A stretch of 64,000 nucleotides of DNA from an uncultured Gemmatimonadales bacterium (GCA_963828735.1 CAWHFW010000005.1:1024001-1088000), one strand, 5' to 3'. Positions 1 to 11,532 are shown, counted from the first letter of the stretch. Numbers and translations: made by a program. Notes: generated by a model not told the origin, from the sequence alone.

Positions 1-936
1 TATGGCCGGCTCGACGCCGCGCGCGACAACGCGATTCTCCTGCCCTCGCATTACATGGCGGATCACCATGGATACGATTGGCTGATCGGTCCGGGGCTGG
101 CGCTGGATACCACCCGCTACTTCCTCATCGCCACGGAGCTGTTCGGCAACGGACATTCGTCGTCCCCCAGCAACACTCCCGCGCCGTTCCACGGACCGAA
201 GTTCCCGATCGCCACGATTCGCGACAACGTGGAAGCGGTGCACCGGCTCCTGGTCGAGCACCTAGGCATCACCCACGTTCAGGCAATCATCGGCTTCTCG
301 ATGGGCGCGGAGCAGGCGTTTCAGTGGGCGGTGAGCTATCCCGACTTCAGCCCTCGGATCGTCGCGACGGCGGGGACCGCCCGATGCTGGCCGCACGGCG
401 TGGTGCGATTGGAAAGCCAGATCGGGGCGATTCAGCTCGATCCCGAGTTCAAGAATGGGAACTACACCGCCAACCCGAAGCGCGGGGTAGAGCTGTTCGG
501 ACTGGTTTGGGCTCCCTGGCTCTTCTCGCAGGAGTGGTGGCGACAGGAGTTGTGGCGTCGCGACATACCGAAGGCGAAAAGCCTGAACGAGTATCTCAAA
601 TTATTCCAGGAGGGATGGAGCCAGCTCGACGCCAACGACCTGATCCTCCAGGCCCGCACTTGGCAGCGACACGATGTTGGAACCACGAAGGGCTTCGGCG
701 GCAACACCGAGAAGGCACTCCGATCCATCACCGCGAGCGTGCTCTACATGCCCTCGGCGACCGACCTCTACTTCCCGGTGAGCGACGCCGAGCACGAGGC
801 GCGCTTCATTCCCCATGTAACGTTGACGCCGATCCCGTCCCTCTGGGGCCATCCCGCCGGTGCCGGCGCCGACTCGGCCGACGCGCGATTCCTGAATCAG
901 CACATCGCTGCATTTCTGGCTGCCGCTCCGAAGTGA
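1..936 (+). CDS. Homoserine O-acetyltransferase-like (MetX family) alpha/beta hydrolase, 5' end outside window
   Basis: Frame open from base 1 (YGRLDAARDNAILLPSHYM); GFSMG nucleophile elbow, DLYFP acid and SLWGH catalytic His typical of MetX-like hydrolases. Confidence 0.8.
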   Translation, partial: YGRLDAARDNAILLPSHYMADHHGYDWLIGPGLALDTTRYFLIATELFGNGHSSSPSNTPAPFHGPKFPIATIRDNVEAVHRLLVEHLGITHVQAIIGFSMGAEQAFQWAVSYPDFSPRIVATAGTARCWPHGVVRLESQIGAIQLDPEFKNGNYTANPKRGVELFGLVWAPWLFSQEWWRQELWRRDIPKAKSLNEYLKLFQEGWSQLDANDLILQARTWQRHDVGTTKGFGGNTEKALRSITASVLYMPSATDLYFPVSDAEHEARFIPHVTLTPIPSLWGHPAGAGADSADARFLNQHIAAFLAAAPK

Positions 937-1023
937 CTAACAGAGGCACAAATAGGAGCGGTGCCACCGCGTATCGAGTGGCAAGGTGGACGCCGAGCTC
1001 CTCGTCCTGCGCATTCGAGAGTT

Positions 1024-1089
1024 TCCAAACAAATGAAGGATGGTTGAAAGGGGTGAACCGCGCCGCTGGCCTCTGCTCTTAACCCCTCA
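1024..1089 (-). repeat. Outlier copy of the GGGGTTAAGAG...GTTCACC palindromic site family
   Basis: Reverse complement GAGGGGTTAAGAGCAGAGG...GGTTCACCCCTTTCAACCATCCTTCATT closely matches 50367-50420. Confidence 0.75.
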
Positions 1090-1239
1090 AAGGTCTGAGG
1101 TTACCGGGGTGACGGCACCTTCACAGGAATGTGGCAGACCAATACGAACATCACGAAGGGATAACCCACTCGATCCCTGAGACGGCGCCGTTGATCTAAC
1201 AGCGCCGACGGGTTCGGCAAGCCTTGGAGAACTTCCCGG

Positions 1240-1409
1240 TCTCCCACCACCAGGTGTTCGACGATCCCACCACGAACCAGTGGACATCAAAGGCTTCAAT
1301 GCCCACCGGGCAATCAAGCGGAGCGAGCGCGGTCGCAAAGGGCAAGCTGTTCGTGATCGGTGGATCAACTGGAAGCCTCGCCAGAAAGGTTCAAGTCTAT
1401 ACCCCATAG
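1240..1409 (+). pseudogene. C-terminal Kelch-repeat fragment
   Basis: DPTTNQWTSKASMPT...GKLFVIGG...VQVYTP is one Kelch repeat plus C-terminus; no N-terminal part or convincing start. Confidence 0.6.
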
Positions 1410-1694
1410 CCACCGCACAGGCCGGGTGTCGCGCTACTAAGGAGAAACCGCGTCGCTACCCGGCCTGAGCAAGGACTTGCTGGTACTACGACGAGGTCGG
1501 CTGGCCCACCGGGCGGAAGGATCTCTCCTTCCGCCCAGCAGCCTATCCCTTCTCCGCACCCGGGCCATCAACTCCACAAACTCGTCCGGATCAGGAAGTG
1601 CCACCTTCCGCACCTTCGCGGCCCGACGAATCCGGATCTTGATGGTTCGCACTTCCTCGTCGCTGTACTTGCCGGCGTCGAGAAACGGGTTCCG

Positions 1695-2216
1695 TCACCC
1701 TCGGCACTCTCCACGGTCGAAGTCGGTTGTAACGATGAACGACCCGTCGGGCAGGACGGTAATGTGGAAGATCAGGAGCGCGACAAAATTGGTCTCTCCG
1801 CCCTTGCTCACTACCTCAGCACCCTCCCGATGAGTGAACGAGACCTGTGTTGCCTCGGGGCTCGGCGAGGCGAACGTGTAGTGGTTAAGGTCGTTGAACA
1901 CATACTGGGTACCGCTTTGACCCACGGCCGTGCCTGAGATCTTGAAGAAGTCCGTGTAGTTTGTGAAGTTGCCCGACGCGGCACCTGGACCAACGCCATT
2001 GAAGACATGGAGTACCTCGCCAGTAAGCGTCAGCGTTTCCCCGATACAGGGAACTTCGATGACATCCGAGATCGCTTCACGGACGACTTCTCCCACGTGC
2101 GCCTTGATCAAATCGGGCTGGGACGCATTGAAGCCGACTGACCCGGGTTGAGTGGGCGAGTCGCACCCGGCTAGCAGGACAGCCAGGGCCAGGTACGTAG
2201 TAATGTGGTGCATCAT
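1695..2216 (-). CDS. Secreted beta-rich lipoprotein, hypothetical (paralog of 24375-24912)
   Basis: Signal peptide with lipobox LLAGC; PCxGE..TG motif and C-terminal Cys (CRG) shared with the 24.4-24.9 kb protein. Confidence 0.7.
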   Translation of the reverse strand: MMHHITTYLALAVLLAGCDSPTQPGSVGFNASQPDLIKAHVGEVVREAISDVIEVPCIGETLTLTGEVLHVFNGVGPGAASGNFTNYTDFFKISGTAVGQSGTQYVFNDLNHYTFASPSPEATQVSFTHREGAEVVSKGGETNFVALLIFHITVLPDGSFIVTTDFDRGECRG

Positions 2217-2397
2217 GTGCCTCGGGGTTGAAGGAAAGATTGAGTTGGCGAGCGGCGTCAAGCGCAAGGCTGCCCCTCTATGACCACGGGTCGGGGAACT
2301 AGCAGGGTCACACGTCATCTCGCTGCGGGCGCAACCGTAGAGCCGTGCCGGCGAGGAGGGCCCTGCCAGGACAGCCGCTCCGGTCAGGCCCAGGGAC

Positions 2398-2430
2398 TCG
2401 CATTGTCAGCGCCAGAGATCGCATTGTCAG
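2398..2430. promoter_or_regulatory. 12-bp direct repeat TCGCATTGTCAG x2, possible regulator binding site
   Basis: Identical 12-mers at 2398-2409 and 2419-2430 (21-bp period) in a divergent intergenic region. Confidence 0.4.
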
Positions 2431-2610
2431 GGCCTCGTCGTGCACCTGCTCGTACCTGCACTCGCGTCCTTTCTGGCCAAATAGCGACATTCGCCCGCCG
2501 ACTTGCCCGGACGAAGCTTTGCAGAGTTGCCGCCCGGGTCCCTGGCCTGCATCTTGAAGTCAGGCATGGGGCTCCCCAGCAAACTCCGCAACTCGTCAGG
2601 ATCCCTTCCC

Positions 2611-3192
2611 ATGGGTCAGCCCGCGCCGCCCGTAAGCGGCGACACCCGGCAGATCACCGACCTCCTCCTCCAACTGCGTGACGGCGGCACCGAGACCACG
2701 GATCGGCTCTTCTCGCTGGTGTACGAGGAGCTCCGTCGGATCGCACACCGCCAGCTCCAGTTGGAGCGGCCTGGACACACCCTCGGCACGACCGGCCTGG
2801 TTCACGAGACCTACGTGCGAATGGTGGATCAGACGCGGGTCGAGTGGCGCGACCGGGCTCAGTTCTTCGGGGCCGCCGCGTGGGCGATGCGGCGCATATT
2901 GGTGGACTACGCCCGTCGGAACCGCGCCGCACGACGCGGCGGCGGGGCGCCCCGTCTCACGTTTGACGACGACGTGCCGGCCGCCGAGCGGAGCGAACTG
3001 GTGCTCGCCCTGGATGAAGCACTGGAGCGGCTCGCGGGATTCGACTGGCGGCTGAGCCAAGTGGTGGAATGTCGCTACTTCGGCGGACTCACCGAGGAGG
3101 AGACCGCCGATGTGCTGGGGGTGACCCGCCGGACGGTCCAGCGGGATTGGCTCAAGGCGCGGGCCTGGCTCCTCTTGGAAATGAACGGCTGA
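2611..3192 (+). CDS. ECF RNA polymerase sigma factor, kinase-associated TIGR02999-like family
   Basis: VYEELRRIAH, GHTLGTTGLVHETY, FFGAAAWAMRRILVDYAR, RYFGGLTEEETA..VQRDWLKARAWL; directly upstream of a Ser/Thr kinase. Confidence 0.9.
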   Translation: MGQPAPPVSGDTRQITDLLLQLRDGGTETTDRLFSLVYEELRRIAHRQLQLERPGHTLGTTGLVHETYVRMVDQTRVEWRDRAQFFGAAAWAMRRILVDYARRNRAARRGGGAPRLTFDDDVPAAERSELVLALDEALERLAGFDWRLSQVVECRYFGGLTEEETADVLGVTRRTVQRDWLKARAWLLLEMNG

Positions 3193-3220
3193 GGCCCGTA
3201 GTGCCGATCGGTGGCCGCCG

Positions 3221-6108
3221 ATGAATGCCGACATGATGGCGCGATGGGATGAGGTCGTACGGGTCGTGGACCAGGTGCTCGACAGTGACCCTTCCGAGCG
3301 TCCGGCGGTCGTCGAGCGGCTGTGCTCCGGCGATCCCGTCTTGCGCGGTGAGGTCGAGCGACTGCTCGATGCGTCGGCTCGCGCCGCCGAGTTCCTCTCC
3401 CAGCCCGCCGCGGCCGACGCCGCGCCGCTGGTCTCGTGGGTCGCCCGTCAGGAGGCTCAGGGATTGGCGGCGGGGACACGCTTCGGCGCGTACGAGGTGA
3501 TGGGCCTGCTGGGTCGGGGCGGGATGGCCACGGTCTACCTGGCCCAGGACCACAAGCACCACCGCCGCGTCGCGGTCAAGGTCCTTCACGCCGAAGTCGC
3601 CGCCGCGGTCCGTCGGGAGTGGTTTCTCCGCGAGATCGACACCGCCGCTGGGCTGCACCATCCGCACATCCTTACGCTGCACGACTCGGGCGACGTCGAT
3701 GGACAGCTCTACTACGTGATGCCGCACGTCGAGGGCGAGTCCTTGCGCCAGCGGCTGTCCCGCGAAGGCCGGATCCCGCTGGCGAGCGCGCGGCGCATCG
3801 CCCAAGAGGTGGCCGGAGCGTTGGACTACGCCCATCGCCAGGGCGTGGTGCATCGCGACATCAAACCGGAGAACATCCTGCTGCAGGACGGTCAGGCGGT
3901 CGTCGCCGACTTCGGCATCGCCCGAGCCATCGCCACGGGCGCCGCCAACGCCGGCACGGCAGGCACCCATCCCTGCCATGGGCACGCCGGCCTACATGAG
4001 CCCGGAGCAGGCTTCCTCCTTAGACACCGTGATCGACGGACGGACGGACATCTACGCCCTGGGATGCGTCTTGTATGAGATGCTGACTGGGCAGCCGCCC
4101 TTCACCGGCAAGTCAACGCAGGAGATTCTGGCGCGCCACGCCCGCGAGCCCGTGCTATCACTCCCTACGACGGGAGGAGCCGTAGCTCCCGCGGTTGAGA
4201 GAGCCGTCGTTCGGGCTCTAGCCAAGCTGCCCACAGATCGGTTCTCGAGTGCAGCCGAGTTTGGAAGTGCCCTCACCAGACACCGAAGAATCTGCGGGGG
4301 AAGGCTCGAGGTGGAGGCGCGCGCGCCGCTGGATTTTCGGCGCTGGAGTGCTCTCAGCGGCCCTTGCCGGACTTATCGCCCTCGGAGCTCACCGACAGGT
4401 CGAGGTTCGCCTGGGACACCGTAGTCCTCTGACCCTCTACCCCGGACTCGAAATCGACGCCGCGATCTCGCCAGACGGCCGCTTCCTCGCGTATGCGGCT
4501 GGATCCATGCCGCAACTCGTCATCTACGTGCGGCCGAATGCTGGCGGGACACCGGTGCCTCTGGCTCCCGCGCTCCCGCATCCCCAACGCTTCCCCACCT
4601 GGTCCCCCGATGGCCGGCGGATCCTGTTTCGCTCTCCTCGTGGTATCGAGGTGATCTCGGCGCTAGGCGGAGACGCGACGCTCTTGATTCGCGATCCGAG
4701 TGTGTCACAGCCTAAACGGCGCAAGCTCTGGGAGCGCAGCGCCGCGCTGATGCCGGGCGCGTGGTCACCGGACGGCCGACGATTCATCTATGTGCGTTCG
4801 GATTCTCTCTACATCGTAGGCATTGACGGCGGACCGTCACGGCTGGTCGCGCAAGGTGGCGAGCCTCATTTGCCTGTGTGGTCTCCGGACGGCCACTGGA
4901 TCGCCTTTGTCAGGGGGAACCGGCAGTCGCTGGAGCCGGGCTTCTATCTTGGCAACGTGGGGAAGAGCGCCGTCTGGCTGGTGCGAACCTCTGGGGGAGA
5001 GCCGATCCCCGTCACGGACGATCGATCGTCGAGTACCAGCCCCGCGTGGCTGCCCGACGGCCGAGCCCTTCTCTTCGTCTCAGATCGTGATGGTGGCCGC
5101 GACATCCATCTCACTAGGCTGAGTAGGAGCGGAAGGCCTGCTTCCACCTCTACCCGGCTCACGACGGGTCTCAATCCATGGGCTATCAGCCTCTCCGCCG
5201 ATGGCCGGCACCTGGTGTATTCGCTTTTCAGCGAGAGCTCGAACATCTGGACGTTGCCCATCCCGTCCCGGTCACCGGTCTCCGTATCGGAGGCACAGCC
5301 CGTGACAGCGGGCAACCAAGTGATCGAAGGCTTTGACGTGTCTCCCGATGGGCGGTGGCTTGCATTCGATACGGATCGGAGCGGGAATCCCGACATCTAC
5401 CGGGTCCCGGTTGAGGGCGGAGACCCGGAGCAGCTCACTACCGATCCGGGTGACGACTTCGGACCCTTGTGGTCCCCGGACGGCCGGGAGATTGCCTTTC
5501 ATGCGGTTCGTCTGGGACTGCGTCATGTCTTCGTGATGTCAGCTTCCGGGGAACAGCGGGTCCAAGTGACCCGGGGTAGTGAGGATGAGCGCAGCCCGGT
5601 TTGGCTCCACGGTGGGCACGGAATCCTCTTCATTCGTAATTTCGGCCGCGCCGACAAGGAGTTGCGAGTCGTGTTCAGGGATGCCGACGGTCGGTGGGGC
5701 ATCCCTCGAACGATTCTGCGTGGGGATATCCTCCAGGTGGCGGTGTCACCCGAGGGCGGCCAATTGGCGTTCTCGTCCAACCGCGGACTGAACCTCGGCA
5801 CCGCTACCGGAGACTCGCCTCGGATCTTGGTACCCGTCAACGACGCTGCCACCCAACTGCGACCCAGCTACCTGGGTTGGTCCGCGGATAGTCGCGAGAT
5901 CTACTACCTGGCCTTAGACCCAGCCGACCACGCCACAATCTGGTCGGTGCCCCGGGGGGGCGGCATCCCTCGTTTGCTCGTTCGGTTCGATGACCCATCG
6001 AAGACCTGGCATCGATACGGGTTCCGCGTGAGGGGCGGACGATTCTACCTCACTCTTGGGGACCGACAGAGCGACATCTGGGAGATGGAGGTGATACCTG
6101 GGCGCTAA
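3221..6108 (+). CDS. Ser/Thr protein kinase with TM helix and TolB-like (PD40) beta-propeller; two frameshifts (~3965, ~4275)
   Basis: GRGGMATV, VAVK, HRDIKPEN and DFG in ORF 3221; GTPAYMSPEQ/DIYALG in ORF 3978; TM and repeated WSPDG motifs in ORF 4249. Confidence 0.85.
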
Positions 6109-6624
6109 CCTGTCTTGGAGAAGAGCGCGAGACCCTCGCGGCTGACGGCGTGCACCGTGTGAACCGACGTGCAGGGCGACGCGCACGGCATCTCACTAGG
6201 GAGGTGTGTGGTGCACTGATCGGGGGAATGGAACAGCTCCCGTCTACCCTCCATCTCCGCGTAGGCTCCGGCGTGGCGGACGGCAGCAAGGACGACAACC
6301 TGATCCTGGACACGGACGGGCACTTGGAAGGGTTCGAGTCGCCGGCCAACGTCGCTGAGAATGGCGCGTCATTCGCCTGAGCCACGCCGGCGAGCGATAG
6401 AACGGGACGCGGAGCAGCCGCTCGAGCAGGTCCAGCGCCTTCTCCGCTCAAGTCTTGTTCGACATGTCGCTGCTGGCGCGAGCTCCCTAACGCGCTCCGA
6501 ACCCGCTCGCCCTGCGTCAGGTCCGGGCGCGGCTGGCGTGACATCACGAAGGCAAGCGAGAGATCTTGCCGGACAAGATCCCTCGCTGCGCCCCAGAATC
6601 ACTGGGCGATGATGCCGCGCGAGC

Positions 6625-7257
6625 TCATTTCGGTCCGGCGCCTCCCATCGGGTTTGCGTCCGGCCGCAGGGCACGCAGTTGGCGATTCAGCGAGTCGAGC
6701 GACGCGCGCACATTGCCCTGTACCTCGTCCCAGTTGGCGGCGGTAGCGCTGGGCAGCCGGTCGACGTCGCGCCCCACAGCCTTCCGAGTCTTCTCGGCCG
6801 CCGCGACCGCGTTGGTATACGTCTTCGCGGCATCTTCGTTGACCCCCTGCCGCAGCTGGGCGAGCTCCTTATCCATCGCGGCGAGCTGCTTGTCCACGTC
6901 CTCGCGGAACGCGTCGCGGCGCTCGTACGAGTAAGAGGAGATCCCAAGCTCGTCGGCAGCTTTCTCGACGGTGCCGGCGGCATCGTCGACGGCAGTGTCG
7001 GCCTTGTCACCCGCATCCTTCGCGGCATCGCCGACCTTGTCGGCCGCGTCCTTCGTGGCATCGCCGACCTTGTGGGCCGCGTCCTCCGCGGTGTCCTCGG
7101 TCTTGACGGCCCCCTCGCGAACCGCTCCACTCGTCTGATCGCCTGTGGCCTCGACGCGGTCGGCTGAGTCCCTGTCGGTATCCCGGCGGCCTCTGTCCGC
7201 GCAAGCTGTTGTGAAGGCGACCGCGAGCGCGGCCGCTACCCAGGCAATTGTCCTCAT
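6625..7257 (-). CDS. Lipoprotein with LEA-like 11-mer helical repeats
   Basis: Signal peptide ending TAC; AAHKVGDATKD/AADKVGDAAKD repeats; GGAGG RBS upstream. Confidence 0.7.
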   Translation of the reverse strand: MRTIAWVAAALAVAFTTACADRGRRDTDRDSADRVEATGDQTSGAVREGAVKTEDTAEDAAHKVGDATKDAADKVGDAAKDAGDKADTAVDDAAGTVEKAADELGISSYSYERRDAFREDVDKQLAAMDKELAQLRQGVNEDAAKTYTNAVAAAEKTRKAVGRDVDRLPSATAANWDEVQGNVRASLDSLNRQLRALRPDANPMGGAGPK

Positions 7258-7698
7258 ATGAAAGGCCTCCCTCGCTCGGTGAGTGGTTGGTTGCTTGTGC
7301 GCCCACTATAAGTGAATCGGGCTCGCAAGGGGGTGACGGTGCTCACGGGCGACCGCTAGCGGTCTGATGCGGGTGGGACGGTCACTGCTCATCTTCTCGG
7401 AACTCAAGCACGTGGGCGGCGACCGCCGGCACCTTCGCTCACCACGAGCTGCACGGGGGGCCGGTGACCGGAGGCCTCGCCTCACCGTCCGCATCGCCTG
7501 TCCGAAGGTGCACTATCAGCCGGCCGCGCCAGTTCCTAGCGTGCTCCCTGGCTCGCCTGTGAATCCTCACCAGTCGGGCAGGCGGGGGGCCGGCCAACGC
7601 GGGACGTATCCCAGGACGCTGAATGAAATCATCCGGCGCCGACCTGTGCCAGGCGCGCGCGGAGAGAGCGAGTGCCCTAACCCGAACGAGGATCGACG

Positions 7699-9678
7699 AT
7701 GAGGATCAACCACCGACTCACTTCTCCCGTTCCCCTCGCCACGCCGGCCTCCCGCATCATCGTCGCCGCAACGACGCTGATCCTCGCCGCGATCGGGGCA
7801 ACGATCCCTGCAGCCTACGCCCAAGATACCGGCAACCTCGACTCGGCCTCGGCGGCGAAAGCCTTCCCGGCGAAGCCTCCGTACTCGCCCTACGTGGGCC
7901 GCAACTACCCCACGCGGCCCCTATTCGGAGACACGCATCTCCACACCTCGTTCTCGATGGACGCCGGTGCGTTCGGTGCCCGGCTCGCTCCGCGTGACGC
8001 CTACCGATTCGCGCGCGGTGAAGAGGTTATGGCGTCCAGTGGCCAGCCGGCGAAACTCTCGCGACCGCTGGACTTTCTGGTCGTGGCGGACCACTCGGAC
8101 GGCATGGGGTTCTTTCCGCTGCTCCTCGCGGGAGGTCCCGAGATACAGGCCGATTCGCAGGGTCGCAAATGGAACGAGCAGATTCACGCTGGCAAGGGGG
8201 AGGAGGCGGCGCTCGATATCATCGTCAGCTTCGGCAGGGGTGCGATCTCGAAGGCCATCCTTCCTGTGCCCGGGACGGCCGCCTACCGCGACGCGTGGCA
8301 GGAAACCATCGCCGCCGCCGAAGCTTACAACGACCCGGGTCGGTTCACGGCGTTTATCGGTTTCGAGTGGACCTCCAACACCGGCGGAAACAATCTTCAC
8401 CGCAACGTCATCTTCCGCGACAACGCCGCCAAGGCCAGCCAAATCGAACCGTTTACCACCCAAAAACCGCTCGGCAGCGACAACCCCGTGGACCTCTGGA
8501 AGTGGATGGACGCGTACGAACAGAAGACCGGTGGCAGCGTGCTCGCCCTCGCACACAACGGCAATCTGAGCAACGGCCAGATGTTTCCGGTGGTCGAGGC
8601 GTTCGGGAAAGCCATCGACCGCGGGTATGCAGAGACCCGCGCAAAATGGGAGCGCCTCTATGAGGTCACGCAGACCAAGGGCGATGGCGAGACGCATCCG
8701 TTCCTCTCACCCACGGATGAGTTTGCCGACTTCGAGCGATGGGACAAGGGCAATCTCGACGGCACCGTGGCCAAGACAAAGGACATGCTCCAGTTCGAGT
8801 ACGCCCGCTCCGGTCTGCAGCTGGGCCTCAAGCTGGGCCAGAAGCTGGGCGTGAATCCCTACAAGTTCGGCATGGTCGGCAGCAGCGATGCCCACACCGG
8901 TCTGGCCGCCATGGAGGAGGAGAACTTCTTCGGCAAGACCACGCCACAGGAACCCAGTCCGGAACGGCTGACCGCCACCTTCATGAACAATCCGAAGACC
9001 GGCATAAAGATCATGGACTGGGAGGTCAGCGCCTCCGGGTACGCTGCGGTCTGGGCGAACGAGAACACGCGTGCGTCCATCTTTGACGCCATGGAGCGCA
9101 AGGAAACTTACGCCACCACCGGCTCGCGCATGATCGTTCGATTCTTTGGCGGCTGGGACTTCGAAAAGGCGGACGCCGAGACGCGCAGCCCCGCGGCAGT
9201 CGGCTATGCCAAGGGGGTGCCGATGGGCGGCGACCTTCGTGCCGCGCCGGCGGGCAAGACGCCGACCTTCCTTGTCGCCGCGCTCCGCGATCCCATCGGA
9301 GCGAACCTCGACCGGATTCAAATCGTGAAGGGGTGGATCGACGCGAAGGGCGTGATGAGCGAGAAGGTCTATGACGTCGTCTGGGGAGGGAGCCGGAAGC
9401 CCGATGCCAAGGGCAAGCTCCCGAGCGTGGGGAGCACGGTAGACGTCGCGAACGCGACCTGGAAGAACACTATTGGCGCGCCCGAATTGATCACTGTCTG
9501 GAAAGACCCGGACTTCGACGGGAAACAATCGGCCTTCTACTACGCGCGCGTGATCGAGATTCCCACGCCCCGGTGGACCGCCTACGACGCGAGGCGTTTC
9601 GGGGTGAAGCCGCTGCCTGGCACGAAGATGACCATCACCGAGCGCGCCTATACCTCGCCGATCTGGTACACCCCATGA
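7699..9678 (+). CDS. DUF3604 family secreted protein (PHP-like metallohydrolase fold)
   Basis: FGDTHLHT.FS.DA, DFLVVADH, EWTS, NLHRNVIF, HNGNLSNG, D.HTG and ERAYTSPIWY motifs; signal peptide. Confidence 0.85.
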   Translation: MRINHRLTSPVPLATPASRIIVAATTLILAAIGATIPAAYAQDTGNLDSASAAKAFPAKPPYSPYVGRNYPTRPLFGDTHLHTSFSMDAGAFGARLAPRDAYRFARGEEVMASSGQPAKLSRPLDFLVVADHSDGMGFFPLLLAGGPEIQADSQGRKWNEQIHAGKGEEAALDIIVSFGRGAISKAILPVPGTAAYRDAWQETIAAAEAYNDPGRFTAFIGFEWTSNTGGNNLHRNVIFRDNAAKASQIEPFTTQKPLGSDNPVDLWKWMDAYEQKTGGSVLALAHNGNLSNGQMFPVVEAFGKAIDRGYAETRAKWERLYEVTQTKGDGETHPFLSPTDEFADFERWDKGNLDGTVAKTKDMLQFEYARSGLQLGLKLGQKLGVNPYKFGMVGSSDAHTGLAAMEEENFFGKTTPQEPSPERLTATFMNNPKTGIKIMDWEVSASGYAAVWANENTRASIFDAMERKETYATTGSRMIVRFFGGWDFEKADAETRSPAAVGYAKGVPMGGDLRAAPAGKTPTFLVAALRDPIGANLDRIQIVKGWIDAKGVMSEKVYDVVWGGSRKPDAKGKLPSVGSTVDVANATWKNTIGAPELITVWKDPDFDGKQSAFYYARVIEIPTPRWTAYDARRFGVKPLPGTKMTITERAYTSPIWYTP

Positions 9679-10523
9679 AAATGCTGCGAGAACCGCTGCT
9701 CCATTTCCTGCTGCTCGGCGCGGCGATCTTCGGCGCATACCGCCTGCTGTCCGATGCGCGCGCGACGCAGCCCGGGAACATTGTCATCACGCAGGGCCGG
9801 ATCGAGGCGCTCGTCGCGGCGTTCACGCGTTCCTGGCAGCGGCCGCCCACCGCGAGCGAACGCGAGGGACTGATCCGAGACTACATTCGCGAGGAGGTCT
9901 ACGTCCGCGAGGCGATCGCCCTCGGCTTGGATCAGGACGATATGGTCATCCGCCGCCGCCTTCGGCAGAAGCTGGAGTTCGTCTCCGAGGACCTGACAGC
10001 AGCGGCCGAGCCGACGGATGGCCAGCTGAGCGTGTACCTGACGGCGCATCCGGACGCATTCCGCGTTGAGCCTCGCTACACCTTCCGCCAGGTCTTTCTC
10101 GACCCGCGCCGCCGAGGTGACCAGCTCTCCCACGACGCCGCCCAGCTGCTCGGGCGGTTGCGACAGGGCGGCACCGACCCCGACACCTTGGGCGATACTT
10201 CGCTGTTGGATCGCAGGTTCGAGGCGCTCCCTGCCAGCCTGGCGGCGGAGCAGTTCGGCGATCAGTTCGCGGCGGCGCTCGGCGAGCTGCCGATCGGCCA
10301 ATGGCGTGGCCCCGTGGCCTCCCCCTATGGCGCGCATCTGGTCCTGGTCGACGACCGCACGGATGGCCGCGTGCCGGCCCTGGAGGAGGTGCGTGATGTC
10401 GTCCGCCGGGACTGGACCAATGCCCAGCGGACGGAGGCGAGCGAGAAGTACTATCACGCGCTGCTCCGGCGGTACACGATAACCGTCGAGCGCCCGCAGC
10501 CCGTGGTGGCGACGGCCCCATGA
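9675..10523 (+). CDS. Peptidyl-prolyl cis-trans isomerase-like (parvulin/rotamase_2) protein
   Basis: REPLLHFLLLG, REA.ALGLD.DD..IRRRL.QK, W.GPV.S.YG.HLV; ATGA overlap with the DUF3604 gene. Confidence 0.8.
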   Translation: MKMLREPLLHFLLLGAAIFGAYRLLSDARATQPGNIVITQGRIEALVAAFTRSWQRPPTASEREGLIRDYIREEVYVREAIALGLDQDDMVIRRRLRQKLEFVSEDLTAAAEPTDGQLSVYLTAHPDAFRVEPRYTFRQVFLDPRRRGDQLSHDAAQLLGRLRQGGTDPDTLGDTSLLDRRFEALPASLAAEQFGDQFAAALGELPIGQWRGPVASPYGAHLVLVDDRTDGRVPALEEVRDVVRRDWTNAQRTEASEKYYHALLRRYTITVERPQPVVATAP

Positions 10524-11532
10524 GACCTTGGCTCTTCGTTGTCGCGATGCTGCTCTGCCCCCTTGTCGCCTCGGCGCACGAAGTGCGCCCGGCTTACCTG
10601 CAGATACGTCAGACCGGACCAGACACCTACGATGTGCTCTGGAAGGTGCCGGGTCGCGGCGATGGCATGCGGCTGAGTCTCTACGTGGAGCTGCCGAAAG
10701 ACTGCGTCCAGCTGGGCGCGCCGCGGTCGACATTCGTGAACAACGCGTACACCGAACGCTGGAGCCTGAACCGTGCCGGTGGCTTGACGGGTGCTCCTAT
10801 CCGCATCGCCGGTCTCGCCGCCACGATGACGGACGTGCTCGTGCGCCTCGAGCGACTCGACGGCACGACGCAGGTGACGCGGCTCACGCCCTCGAGGCCT
10901 TCATTCGTCGTGGAGGCCGCGCCGACGAGGATCGAGGTCGCCGGCACGTACACGCGACTTGGGGTCGAGCACATTCTCACCGGCGTGGATCATCTGTCGT
11001 ACGTCCTCGCGATGCTGTTGCTCGTCAGCGGGTGGAAGCGCGTCGTGGCGACCATGACTGCCTTCACGGCGACCCATAGTCTGACGCTGACGGCAGCCAC
11101 GCTCGGTTGGGTGCATGTGCCGCAACCACCGGTCGAGGCGTGCATTGCCCTCAGCATCGTCTTCGTCGCCCGGGAGATCGCGCGGTCCCGGGAGGGCGCG
11201 TCGGGCCTGACCGAGCGGTGGCCGTGGGTGATCTCATTCACGTTCGGATTGCTGCACGGATTCGGGTTCGCCGGCGCGTTGAGCGAAGTCGGCCTCCCGC
11301 AGGCGGCGATTCCGGTCGCGCTGCTCTTCTTCAACGTCGGTGTCGAGATCGGTCAGCTGCTCTTCGTCGCCGCCGTGGTTGCCTCGCTCGTGTTCGGCCG
11401 CAGGGCATTGCGCCGACTTCGCCCCCCACCTTCGCCTACCTACCCTCCTCGACATTAGCGCGACTCGTCCCCCCGTACGCGATCGGCGGCGTAGCGATGT
11501 TCTGGGTCATCCAGCGGATCGCCGGGTTCTAA
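10520..11532 (+). CDS. HupE/UreJ family membrane protein (frameshift near 11430)
   Basis: AHE, GVEHILTGVDHL, FT.THSLTL, FGLLHGFGFA, FNVGVEIGQ; C-terminal PPYAIGGVAMFW in another frame ending 11532. Confidence 0.85.

Noticed and set aside
6320..6350. GGTTCGAGTC T-loop-like motif suggesting a tRNA
   Set aside because: No T-stem, acceptor stem or cloverleaf around it.
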